NCBI RefSeq assembly: GCF_001194135.2
Contig: NC_069000.1
Coordinates: forward strand, 35,844,786 to 35,885,564
Source: Octopus bimaculoides
Taxonomy: Eukaryota
Length of the DNA: 40,779 bases
Direction of reading: 5' to 3'
Below the pieces are notes generated by a model. It worked only from the letters and a program-made list of their open reading frames with translations. It made no database searches and was not told the DNA's origin. A program made the position numbers and the translations under genes. Of the stretch, positions 1 to 10,829 are shown piece by piece. Position 1 is the first letter of the stretch. Every line of letters starts with the position of its first letter.

Positions 1-322
1 GTAATTATTTGTATCTAAAGCGTCACCTTTACCTTTGTAGCAGTTGACTATGATGCTGCTACACCAGTCATTGGGTATGACTCCTTCGTGTATCACCTGG
101 TTCGTAATACGGGTGACTAGGCTATAGCCAACACTGCCAGATATTTTGAGCATCTCTGCAGTGATTCCTGATGGGCCAGGGGCTTTCCCGGTCTTCATAC
201 TCTTAATTGCTTTATCTACCCTGGTACTATCAACTCGGATAGCTGGTCCCTCTATTGGGTCGACATACGGCAAGCTCTCTTCCTCCCATTCATTCTCTTT
301 ATTAAGCAATCTTTCGTAATGG

Positions 323-324
<2 letters not shown>
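1..324 (-). mobile_element. RTE-clade non-LTR retrotransposon ORF fragment (start of reverse-transcriptase region); 5'-truncated, continues beyond the window edge
   Basis: Manual translation of the minus strand gives 108 codons with no stop: CHYERLLNKENEW...DKAIKSMKTGKAPGPSGITAEMLK...VIPNDWCSSIIVNCYKGKGDALDTNNY. KAPGPxGI, IPxDW and YKGKGD..NY are typical RTE RT N-terminal motifs. It has no ATG, so the ORF track missed it. Confidence 0.9.

Positions 325-326
<2 letters not shown>

Positions 327-362
<36 letters not shown>
327..362. repeat. (AT)n microsatellite at the truncated 5' end of the RTE fragment
   Basis: Directly visible. Confidence 0.95.
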
Positions 363-364
<2 letters not shown>

Positions 365-897
365 TTGATACTTTGTATCGTTTCCACCCAATGTATGTAT
401 GGTTTGTGGACCAAAGCATAAAAAACAAGAATCCTGATAAAAATATGTGAATACAAAACTGATTTCTTTGTAAGGCAACAAGCTTATTTTGTCAGAATGA
501 TGACCTGTGCTAGTTTCAGTGACCTCAAAAGATTAGACAGAACTGCGTAGGAGGAATAATTTGACCTCAATCTGAATGCATTTAAGAGGTTTGTGTAGTT
601 TGTGCTCTGTTTATGACCTGAACTAGTTTTAATAATCCCAGAGAGATGAATCAAGCATTTGTATCTAGATTATATAATATTATTTATATAAATATATCTC
701 CAACTAAAACAAAGAAAAACAAATGGCATTTGGATTGGCATTCCATTTTTTATCTTGATTATCTGTCTGTTATAAATAGTTTTATTGTAGACTACCAAAT
801 AATGTATTAGATCTGTGAAAGGTCATACATATCTATTCTTCATCATTAAACTTGCCTATGTTATCCAAGCCTTTATCCATATTGGTGTGTATATATC

Positions 898-911
898 TCA
901 TCATCATCATC

Positions 912-968
<57 letters not shown>

Positions 969-975
969 TTATATA
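898..975. repeat. Compound (CAT)n-(TA)n-(CA)n-(TA)n microsatellite
   Basis: Directly visible. Confidence 0.9.
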
Positions 976-1087
976 GATAGGATGATAAATTTTTATATAT
1001 ATTTATATAAATAGGGTGCAAAATTTTTCTGGAAATCAAATCAAGAAATCTGGCAAAAACCAATGCATTGCTTTTATAATTCATTAA

Positions 1088-1259
1088 CCCTTTAGCATTC
1101 AGGTTACTCAGTCAAATTTAATGCTTATTTAATCATATTGTTTTGAATTAATCATGCATTATCTCATAATTTTAAGGTTTTGATGATGTGATTATTTTTA
1201 GAATGACATTGTAGGCTAAGTATGAGAGACCAGATCTGACTGGTTTGAACATAAAACAG
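1088..1259. mobile_element. piggyBac-like MITE, truncated copy
   Basis: Starts TTAA|CCCTTTAGCATTC and aligns by eye with the full copy at 5197-5416. Right end is missing. Confidence 0.75.
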
Positions 1260-1261
1260 CA

Positions 1262-1510
1262 GCTCATTGTGTCCTTGAGCAAAACACTTTATTTCCCATT
1301 ACTCCAGTCTACTCATCTGGCAAAAATTAGTAGTACCTGTATTTCAAAAGACCAACCGTGTCAGATTCTGCGTCATGCTGAATTTCCCTGAGAACTATGT
1401 TAAGTGTACCTGTGTCTGTGGAGTGCTTGGCCACTTACATTCATTTCCCAAGCAGGCTATTCTGTTGATCAGATCAATCGGAACCTTCGTTGTCATAATC
1501 AAAGGATTGT
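1262..1510 (+). mobile_element. SINE family B relative, headless and diverged
   Basis: Shares TTGTGTCCTTGAGCAA, CTGAATTTCCCTGAGAACTA..TTAAG and GCAGGCT..TC.GTTGATCAGATCAA with the full copies at 9462 and 24836. Confidence 0.75.
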
Positions 1511-1722
1511 ATTTGCATATATTTCGAATATAAAATTAGTCTAATTCAAAGAGCATCACACCTGAATATTGTAGAAGTATAAACGAATTTAAGCATTAAG
1601 CATAGAAAGAAATGGTTTTCTATCTTTCATGGTATTTGAAATTGTGTACATACTTTTTCAAATATGTGTTATTTTAAAGGAAGAAGTTTAATAATTACAT
1701 CATCCGAGTAGATACATATATA

Positions 1723-1939
1723 AGGTTGTGAGCTGGCAGAATCATTAGTACGCTGGACAAAATGCTTAGTGGCATTTCTTCTAGCTCTACATTCTGAGTT
1801 CAAATACCACTGAGGTCGACTTTGCCTTTTATCCTTTCACAGTCAATGAAATAAGAACTAGTTTAGCACTGAGGTCGATGTAATCAACCAGCCCCTTCCA
1901 TCAAATTTCAGGCCTGGTGCCTACAGTAGAAAGGATTAT
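1723..1939 (+). mobile_element. tRNA-headed SINE family C
   Basis: GAGCTGGCAGAATC (A-box-like), GAGTTCAAAT.CC (B-box-like) and central GTCGACTTTGCCTTT.ATCCTTTC shared with 5746-6195 and 33004-33236. Confidence 0.8.
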
Positions 1940-2417
1940 GTTTTGTGTAATACATGTTTTCTGATACCATTACCAATATTGGCAGTGTACGTTAGTTTTG
2001 ATGTGAGTGTGTACAAATCTCAATGTGAAACAATAAAAGAAATTGTTTCATCTTCCGTTGTACTTGAAAAAGCATTCTAATTTTGAAGACATGTTTTAGA
2101 AATTAGTAGTTTCATTGATTAATAATTTCATTCTCAAATAGGAGACTGAGTGTTGCAGGCTAGTGTACAAGATCAGCTTAAGTCCATAAGATACAAAAAT
2201 TGTTACTAATAATAAAATAGTGAAAACTTGCCAAGCCAAAATATTACAGACTGTTGGCACAAACTTATGAAAAGTTGCATATGGTACGTTGGTAGTTATG
2301 TGAGGGAGGTATCACTGTACCTCCTTTCTCAGCATACACAACCCTTCCCTCAATATAGGTCTTACATCGTTTAAAGACTCTGTTACATTTAAAAAGCATT
2401 TTTCTAATTATCTAAAT

Positions 2418-2920
2418 CAGTCCTCGACTGGGGTTCATATAGCCCTTAGAGGTCTATATAAGATTTTGTTGTTAAGATTTATCCGCAATACACAAAATAT
2501 TCTAAATTTATTTTTTTTATACAATTCCTAATATTTTATTATGAAAATAAAATAGGATTTTTAAAACATTGAATGGCTAAGAGGGTCCACCTGAGTAAAA
2601 AGGAATCAAAGGGGTTCATAGGTATTTTTTTAAAGCCTACTACTTATTCTGCTGGTCTCTTTTGCTGAACTGCTAGGTCAGGACAGTCAGAGGCAGGAAT
2701 CAAAGGGGTCCATAGGTAAAAAATGGTTAGAACCACTGGTTTAGTAAAATAAATCGACCCCACTATTTTTTAAGCCTGTTATTTATTCCTGGTCTCTTTT
2801 GCTGAACTGCCAAGTTACATGGATGTAAATAAACCAACACTGGTTGTTAGATAGTGGTGAGGGACAGTCACAGACGAGAATTAAATGGTTCCATCAGTAA
2901 AAGACGGTTGAGAAACTCCG
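2418..2920. mobile_element. hAT (Charlie-like) MITE, decayed, with internally repeated right end and SINE-A fragments
   Basis: 8-bp direct repeat ATCTAAAT at 2410-2417 and 2921-2928. Ends are degenerate CAG..TCTCAAC-type (GGTTAGAACCACTG at about 2725-2738, GGTTGAGAAACTCCG at 2906-2920). Confidence 0.55.
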
Positions 2921-3333
2921 ATCTAAATGAAAACTTCTCTTAGAAGGATGAAAGGAATATTAAATTTTCATCTGCCTGCTAACCATGTTCAATGAGTGGA
3001 GGGCAGCAAAACCATAGCAATGGTTAACCAACACAGGTAGCTGATTATGATAACACAAAACATCATAGCCAAAAAGAAGAGCTTCACATATTGTATGGCA
3101 ATTCACTTGACCAAAATATAAACAACTATAGAGTTGATATGAAAGAAAATAGAGTACTCTCATAATGTAGTTTATTTATGAAAAAAAATTATGGTTTTTT
3201 GCTTTATTGCAACATACTGTTACAGCATTATATTTACATGTGTAGAATCATACATTTTCCCATTTACAAAAACACTTTACAATATTTTTGAACAAGCATA
3301 TGATGAAATATAATAGTTTATTTCCCACAAAAG

Positions 3334-3750
3334 CATCATCATCATTATCATCATCTTCATTTTAAGTCCATTTTCCATGCTAGAATGGGTTGGGCGGTTT
3401 TACTGGAAACTTGTAAGCTGGGGAGCTGCACTAGGTTCCAGTCTAATTTGGCATGGTTTCTACAGCTGGATACCCTTCCTAACACTAAACACTTCAAGAG
3501 TGTAGTGAGTGCTTTTTACATGCTACTGGCATGGTTGCCAATTCCGAAATGCCAGCATCGGCCACAACTATGATCTCACTTGGCTTGACAGGTCTTCTCA
3601 AGCATAGCATATTGTCAAAGGTCTCAGCCACTTGATAATATGCCATGCACCCTTCAAACTTTGGGCCTCACAGAGGCCCAAAGTTTGAAGGGTGCTTTTT
3701 ACGTGCCACCAGCACAAGTGCATGTTATGCGATACTAGCATCGGCCATGT
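3334..3750 (-). mobile_element. RTE LINE 3' end (family D)
   Basis: (CAT)n tail, then TTTCCATGCTAG.ATGGGTTGG and TTTCTACAGCTGGAT.CCCTTCCTAAC. This is the reverse complement of the copy at 8264-8521. Confidence 0.85.
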
Positions 3751-3827
3751 AAAGTAGGGATGTGTCTTATACTCTGGTGAATATGCTGAGTATATCTAGG
3801 ACTACATTATCCCCTGTGTCCTACTTT

Positions 3828-4063
3828 TATTCTTTTATTTGTTTCAGTCATGTAACTGTAGCCATGCTGGAGCACCTCCTTAAAGAGTTTTTTAGTTGAA
3901 GAAATTAACCCGAGGGCTTATTCTTTGTAAGCCTAGTACTTATTCTATCAGTTTCTTTTGCTGAACTGCTAAGTTATGGGGATGTAAACATGCCAACATC
4001 GGTTGTCAAGCGATGGTTGTGGTGGTGGTGGTGGGGAGACAAACACAGACACAAAGACACACA

Positions 4064-4099
<36 letters not shown>

Positions 4100-4217
4100 G
4101 ATGGGCTTCTTTCAGTTTCCATCTACCAAATCCACTCACAAAGCTTTGGTTAACCCAAAGCTATAGTAGAAGACACTTGCGCAAGGTGCCATGCAGTGGG
4201 ACTGAACCCAGAACCAT
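3828..4217 (-). mobile_element. SINE family A (tRNA head, CORE-like body, internal microsatellite), extreme 5' end lost
   Basis: Reverse complement of the 20685-21043 consensus, with internal (GGT)n and (CA)n. Confidence 0.85.
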
Positions 4218-4554
4218 GTGGTTGGGTCTTTTTTTGTAGTGTGTGGTTTCTGAGAGAGATTTGAATGTGATTATTAGCAGATTCTCTGACTGTATACAGG
4301 TTCCATTGTTGTTCCATTGTTGGTGGTTGCTGGCTGCCTAACATAGAATTTTGACCTGATATGGTTATTGATGTTGTGGTGATTCCACTATGTATGTGCC
4401 TTTGTGTTTGTTTAGATTTAGCGGGGATGATAATATACTTTAGAGTAGTTTAATTGCCAATCATTTGTCACACAATTTTCCCTCTAACCCACTTACCTAC
4501 CCACCCACCTTTTCTACCCCCCCACTCCACCCTGTTCTCTCTCTCGTATTCACT

Positions 4555-4850
4555 ATGTGTGAAGGTACTTTGTGTCATGGTTGCATGGTTCAGTTCCCGG
4601 TGATGTGTTGTGTCCTTGAGCAAGACACTTCATTTCATGTTGCTCCAATCCACTCATCTGTGAAAAATATGTTGTATCTGTAATTCAAAGGAGCCACATT
4701 CTGTGTCATGCTGAATCTCCTTTAGAACTGTGTTAAGGGTACGTGGTGTCTGTGGAGTGCTCAGCCACATGCACATTAATTTCATAAGCAGGCTGTTCCG
4801 TTGATCGGATCAACTGGAATTCTCATCATTCTAACCAATGGAGTGCCACT
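4555..4850 (+). mobile_element. SINE family B relative, diverged
   Basis: TTGTGTCCTTGAGCAAGACAC ... GCAGGCTGTTCCGTTGATCGGATCAACTGGAA ... GGAGTGCCAC. Confidence 0.8.
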
Positions 4851-5004
4851 ATTCACTCTGTACCTTGATCTCATGTCTCTCTCTTTCTCTCCCTCTTCCC
4901 AGATGGGGAAGCCATGTATTCATTTCTGTAGCAGGATGCCTGTTCCTGTCCTTCTGTCATATGTTCATATCCCTCAAAACTATAACCCCACTCAATTGAG
5001 GGGT

Positions 5005-5431
5005 CCTGTCTTGTGAATACTTGGTGACCTCATCAGTCCTGATGTCACAAAAATGCACCCAGTACACTTTGTTAAGTGGTTAGCATTAGACAGGGCATCC
5101 AGCTATAGAAACCATGCTAAAGCAGACTTTGGAGATCAATGCAGCCCTCATGTTGAACCATCCAACCCATGCCAACATGGGGAAAAGAGACATTAACCCT
5201 TTAGCATTCAAATTTCTGTATCAAATATAATGCTTTTTTATTGATATTATTTTGAATTAATCATTCATTATCTCATAGCTTTGAGATTTCAGTGATGTGA
5301 TTGCATAGTTTTCGAATGACATTGTAAGGTAGGTGTGAGAGCCTGGATCTGGCTGGTTTGAGCATAAAATAGGTAGAATATTTGGGCTGGATATGGCCAG
5401 TTTAAATACTAAAGAGTTAAATGATGATGAT
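5005..5431 (+). mobile_element. RTE LINE 3' end interrupted by a piggyBac-like MITE
   Basis: AGGGCATCCAGCT.TAGAAACC ... TCCAACCCATGCC..CATGG..AA..GACATTAA, then the MITE, then ATGATGATGATG. Confidence 0.8.
5197..5416. mobile_element. piggyBac-like MITE, complete (220 bp)
   Basis: TTAA at 5193-5196 and 5417-5420. Inverted ends CCCTTTAGCATT and AATACTAAAGAG (decayed AATGCTAAAGGG). Confidence 0.85.
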
Positions 5432-5745
5432 GGTATTTAACTATTTTGTGGCAAACCAGTGTAGAAGAGTTCAAATCACTGAGTCAAAGCTGGAATCCTT
5501 TTTCAGTTGAAGCAGCCATGAAACTTTGGTTGTTGGAAGTGTGGATGGACCTTTTGATGTTGTAACAGATTGTGATATGTCATATACAACTTTCAAATGA
5601 AACCCAAAACATAAAAGCAAGCTAAGTTTTGCAAATAGCTTTTGAATTATTTTTGCTGTTGTTTAGTTCCAGGTCTGTGATGAAAGGCAGTCCAGCTGTA
5701 ACCATCCTGTTATTTTGTTTAGTAGAAACTATAATGTCTGATATA

Positions 5746-6195
5746 AAGGCTGCGATCTGGCAGTAACGTTAGCACACCAGGCAAAATGCTTAGTGGTATT
5801 TCGTCTGCTGTTACGTTCTGAGTTCAAATTCCGCCAAGGTCGACTTTGCCTTTCATCCTTTCGGGGTTGATAAATTAAGTACCAGTTACGCACTAGAGTT
5901 GATGTAATTGACTTAATCCCTTTGTCTGTCCTTGTTTGTCCCCTCTATGTTTAGCCCCTTGTGGGCAATAAAGAAATAAGAAACGTAAGCACGCCGGGCG
6001 AAATGCCTAACGGTATTTCGTCTGTCTTTATGTTCTGAGTTCAAATTCCACCGAGGTCGACTTTGCCTTTCATCCTTTCGGGGTCGATAAATTAAGTACC
6101 AGTTACGCACTGGGGTCGATGTAATTGACCTAATCCCTTTGTCTGTCCTTGTTTGTCCCCTCTATGCTTAGCCCTTTGTGGGCAATAAAGAAATA
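5746..6195 (+). mobile_element. Head-to-tail dimer of SINE family C
   Basis: Two similar units, 5746-5984 and 5985-6195. Flanking 22-bp direct repeat AGAAACTATAATG(T/A)CTGAT(A/G)TA at 5724-5745 and 6196-6217. Confidence 0.9.
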
Positions 6196-8167
6196 AGAAA
6201 CTATAATGACTGATGTATCCTTCCTTTTTTAGGAAAGTTGGTATAATTTGAGCAAAATCTATCCCTCATGTTGGTTTGTTTTATCTTTGTACTTGTAATT
6301 CAATAATCATTGTTTATATATATATAAAAAGAGCCTCTCTATTTGTAATTGTGTTTTTTTCTTCTTCTTTCTGATATCATTAAGATTTGTATGAAGCCAT
6401 TTATGTTAGTTATTTGTACTAACAAAAATAACTTCATACTTAGAACTCTTGTCTGGTTTCTAGAAATTTGGGAATATTGTGCATTATCATGCATTATACC
6501 ATACCTGCATTGAGTAAACGAACCCTGTTTTTGAAGTTGGTTAATTTGCATATGCTGCATTAAATCATTTTGTCCTTTACTTTAAGTGGATTGATAATGA
6601 TTAAACATGATCTGCTTTACAAATGTATTAATTGTATCCGTTAAATATTAGTAGAATCATGAAATCTGGGTTACCTTTTGGTCCCAAGCTTGTTGGAGAA
6701 TTTGTCCTGGATTATATTTCATTATGGAGCTTGAATGAGGTAGTAAATTCATGTATTGAATGTTTTATAGTGGTCTTAGTTTAGAATTCGAATTTTACAT
6801 TGGTTGACTTTAGCTTTCATTTCTCTGGGGAAATATAAACTCAATATTTTTCATTTAAAAATAATATTGGCCAAGTAATAAAAAAAAATCATCTCCAATA
6901 TTTAGGACATTTTTGATATCCATTCAAAGTTTGAACTTTTGTAAAAGAAAGGATGTAGATGGCTAAATTGGCCACACTACGCACTTGTTTCCTGTTTTAT
7001 CAAACTGAGCAGGGTTAGAACTCTGAATGTTGAGGGACAAAATCAAATACTGCCAATCATTCACTCCACTGCTTCACCATTTGTGCTGGTGTGTTTCCTA
7101 CAATATTAAAATTTCTCCTGTTTTTTTTTTGTTTTTTTTTTTAAAAGTAATTTTTCACCAATTTTTATTTTATTTAAATCTTTCTCTTTCAATCAAAGAA
7201 ACTATTTTTATTTTTGCTTGATGCTTTCTCTTTATACAATTTTCAAGTTTTCAAACTCTTTGGCAAACTAATCTTGAAAAAATGTCATGCAGTAGCTTTT
7301 TTAAGTTTGTTAATGTTTATCATCTTTGAGGCTATATGGAAAAAAATTTCAAGATTTGGTTGTTGTGAATTTGCATATGGAATCAGGCATTGTATTGATT
7401 GGTACTCTAGTTTCCTCAGAAAACAGTTTTCTATTTACATTATACCTAAAAATTCAAGCCACGAAAGTTACCTCTATGCTGTTGCTCAACTTTTTCAGAA
7501 ATAGCAGTCAGATTTCCATTCAGATTACACTACATTGTCATAAAACAGGAAGGACACATTAGATAATGAAATGCTTTTAAACATAGGTCTGATTAATCAG
7601 AGCTGATCTAAAGCTAAGCAAGAGTACTAAGAAACCTAAATATAAACATTGGCTCTAGAAGTCTTTGGGGTTTTGGAAATTGCTCCTATTAAATAGTTAT
7701 ATTTAGCTTAGTGTTTTACCCTGGTTTTCTGTGGCCTGCACCTTCTATTAAGTTTAGATCTGCTATCAATTTTTATATCTACTCTATATTTTGTTGAAAA
7801 CCTGTTTTCATATTTCTTTAAGCTTGGCTGTGTTTGATTTTTATGCAAAGTGAATTTATCTTTTATTGTCATTGGAAGAAAAAAAAAAGACTCAGCAGAG
7901 ATGTCAATTTGTTATTTTGGAAATTCTTTTATCAACAGCAAACCGTTTTTTTTTTTTTTTACTGCAAGCCTGTAACTGATTTTAATGTATTTTCAATAAC
8001 TGTCTATCCATGTGCTTTGTGTTTTGCTAAACTGTGACAGTAAAGTTTCAGACTAAGTATGTTATAATATTTAACTTTGTTTCTTTGTCTATCTTGGTTC
8101 AAATTATGGAAAGAGGAACGGGTTACTGTAGCATATTGATTTCTTTTTTAAGTCAAGGATAAATTCT

Positions 8168-8263
8168 NNNNNNNNNNNNNNNNNNNNNNNNNNNNNNNNN
8201 NNNNNNNNNNNNNNNNNNNNNNNNNNNNNNNNNNNNNNNNNNNNNNNNNNNNNNNNNNNNNNN
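8168..8263. other. Assembly gap (96 N)
   Basis: Run of n. Confidence 1.
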
Positions 8264-8521
8264 GGGTGGCACATAAAAGACACCATTTCGAGCGTGGCCG
8301 TTGCCAGTATCGCCTGACTGGCCTTCGTGCAGGTGACACGTAAAAGCACCTACTACACTCTCTGAGTGGTTGGCGTTAGGAAGGGCATCCAGCTGTAGAA
8401 ACTCTGCCAAATTTAGATTGGAGCCTGGTGTTGCCATCCGGTTTCACCAGTCCTCAGTCAAATCGTCCAACCCATGCTAGCATGGAAAGCAGACGTTAAA
8501 CGATGATGATGATGATGATGA
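8264..8521 (+). mobile_element. RTE LINE 3' end, young copy
   Basis: TTAGGAAGGGCATCCAGCTGTAGAAAC ... CCCATGCTAGCATGGAAAGCAGACGTTAAAC(GAT)n, with CpGs retained. Confidence 0.9.
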
Positions 8522-8534
8522 ATGTGTGTGTGTC

Positions 8535-8699
8535 TTAGTTCCTTCCGTACCTTGGGCAGTTTTGAGCCTAGTCACCTGCATCTTCCCAAGTGATGCTAAG
8601 TTGCTTCAGATCTTTATTGAAGGTGGCACACCATCTCTCCTGGGGTCTCCCTCTTTTCTTTCGTCCCTCCAGTGGTACCCATTGTATAGCTTCCTTGTG
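8535..8699 (-). pseudogene. Decayed C-terminal fragment of an RTE-type LINE ORF
   Basis: Minus-strand translation HKEAIQWVPLEGRKKRGRPQERWCATFNKDLKQLSITWEDAGD*AQN matches the W.P..GKR.RGRP..W....DL......W..A...AQ(D/N)R pattern at RTE ORF ends. Confidence 0.75.
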
Positions 8700-9060
8700 T
8701 ATAACTGGTACTTATTTTATTGACTCTGGACAGGCAAAAGTCAGATTTTATAGCAAAATTGTTTGAAATTTGTAAAATTGGCAGACATAAAATTTTATAC
8801 TGTAATGCATTTAGACCAAAGGAAGGAATATTGTCTGTGGCAGGATTTTCACTCACAAAGTATTGAACTAAATATAATAAAGTATCCAATCCAGTGTTCT
8901 CTCTCCCCCTCTCTTTCCCTCTCTCTGTTTCTCTTTCACTCACTGTTTCTCACTGTTGCCTTATGACATGCATATTGGAGGAGCACTAAACAATAATATT
9001 GCTTCTTAGTACAACACAGTAAGTTGCTGTATCTTATTAACTAACAATAAACATGTCCAG

Positions 9061-9123
9061 TTGGATGAGATTATCTACTTGAATCACTGCTGGGGCCTAA
9101 ACACGGAAATGCATTTGCAAAAA
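9061..9123 (+). other. Candidate 63-nt internal exon (unverified)
   Basis: CTAAC branch-like motif at 9041-9045, CAG acceptor, GTAAGT donor. One open frame, LDEIIYLNHCWGLNTEMHLQK. Weak polypyrimidine tract and no recognised homology. Confidence 0.2.
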
Positions 9124-9461
9124 GTAAGTTTAATTATTAAGGAAGAACAAAGAAATACTGACATAATTATTTAAGAAGAGATAAACCAAGAATTTCTTTC
9201 TTTCTCTTTTCTTTTTTTTAAAGACATAAATAAACAATATGTGACTTCAATAGAAATTCAAAACTGAGATGCAGTCCAGGCTTGCCTGAAGAGCTAACAA
9301 AGATGGTTTGATAAGCTAATAAAGGAATAATATAATGAAGAGGAGAAGCAACACGAACAGAAGCAGTTTTTTGATCACTCTCTTGTCAGTCCACATAGTT
9401 GATATACAATAACAGTAACAGCATCATTCTTTTGGGAATGTACATGTGACATGTCTCATTA

Positions 9462-9825
9462 GTGGAGGCACAATGGCCCAGTGGTTAGGGCAGCGGACTC
9501 ACGGTTTCGATTCCCAGACCGGGCATTGTGAGTGCTTATTGAAAACACCTAAAGCTCCACGAGGCTCTGGCAGGGGATGGTGGTGAACCCTGCTGTACTC
9601 TTTCACCACAACTTTCTCTAACTCTTACTTCCTGTTTCTGTTGCACCTGTATTTCAAAGGGCCAGCCTTGTCACACTGTGTCACGCTGAATATCCCCGAG
9701 AACTACGTTAAGGGTACACGTGTCTGTGGAGTGCTCTGCCACTTGCACCTTAATTTCATGAGCAGGCTGTTCCGTTGATCAGATCAACTGGAACCCTCGA
9801 CGTCGTAAGTGACGGAGTGCCAACA
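9462..9825 (+). mobile_element. tRNA-derived SINE family B, full length with TSD
   Basis: Head GTGGAGGCACAATGGCCCAGTGGTTAGGGCAGCGGACTC with GGTTTCGATTCC B-box. TSD ATGTCTCATTA at 9451-9461 and 9826-9836. About 14 nt of the head is deleted relative to the other copies. Confidence 0.92.
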
Positions 9826-10059
9826 ATGTCTCATTAGTAAAATACTTGAATCAATAAAATAATTTTTCTTAAAATTTCAGGTCAGTTTTTAGATGTTTCA
9901 CTAAATATGTTTTTTTTTTGTATTCATGAGATTAGCATAGAAATACCTCCATGAGAAAAGTTCTTTACATGGACTGGATCTTTTAAGATTTGAATGTCAT
10001 TGCTACAGACACAACACAGGACTGATCATGATTTATGAACTTGTCAATAGCAACTCCTA

Positions 10060-10390
10060 TGATACTATTGGCACTTTGTTAGTTAGGGCGACGAGGGTTG
10101 CAGTTGATCCGATCAACGGAACAGCCTGCTCATAAAATTAATATGCAAGTGGCTGAGCACTCCACAAACATGCATACCTTTAATGTTGTTCTCAGGGAGA
10201 TTCAGCATGACACAGAATATCACAAGGTTGGTTCATTGAAACACAGATATTACTCATTTTTGCTGGCTGAATGAACTAGAGCAACGTGAAATAAAATGTC
10301 ATGTTCATGGAAACAATGCACTGCCAGGAATCAAGCTCATGACCTTATGATCATGAGTGGAATACCGTAAACACTAAGCCATGTGCTTTA
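10060..10390 (-). mobile_element. SINE family B relative, diverged
   Basis: GTTGATCCGATCAACGGAACAGCCTGCTC ... GTGGCTGAGCACTCCACA ... head remnant AACACTAAGCCATGTGC. Confidence 0.8.
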
Positions 10391-10417
10391 CTTTCAGGTA
10401 AAAATCACGTTACTAAT

Positions 10418-10790
10418 TTATTACCTCCCCTTTAGTGAAGGCAGAGGTATTGTTTTAGCTGTGTTTGTTTGTCTGTTTGTCCGTGGACAAGGTATCTCAA
10501 GAACAGTTGGATGGATTCGGATAAAACTTTCAGGGATGTTTGGCCTTATGACTGGCATGAAATGATTAGATTTTGAAATCGATCTGGTACTGGACAAGGA
10601 TTCTGGATTATTTTTCCAGTTCTTTTACTTAATTTTTTAGAGCAGTTGGGTTCATTTTTAGTATTCTTGTTTTTGAGAGCAGTTGTGTTTTTTTTCCAGA
10701 TATTTTCATTTAAAAAATCATCTCTGGCTAATCGTTGAGAGGACATTGGTGTTGCCTTGGCAGAGATTTGCGCTCTCTGAGTGCTCTTGT
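10418..10790 (+). mobile_element. Non-autonomous Helentron/DINE-1-like (HINE-type) element
   Basis: 5' TTATTACCTCC, (GTTT/GTCT)n tract at about 10462-10482, subterminal CTTGGCAGAGAT at 10756-10767, and 3' hairpin GCGCTC-TCT-GAGTGC at 10770-10784. This is the established HINE architecture. Confidence 0.65.
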
Positions 10791-10829
10791 TATTTATGGT
10801 TTACTTACTAACTTAAACTGTTTACCCCC

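Noticed and set aside
4218-4440. Penelope GIY-YIG fragment interrupting a SINE
   Set aside because: No recognisable GIY-YIG residues in any frame.
9462-9540. tRNA genes (also at 23920-23994 and 24836-24910)
   Set aside because: These are SINE heads with A/B boxes. They have no acceptor-stem closure and continue into a repeat body with TSDs.
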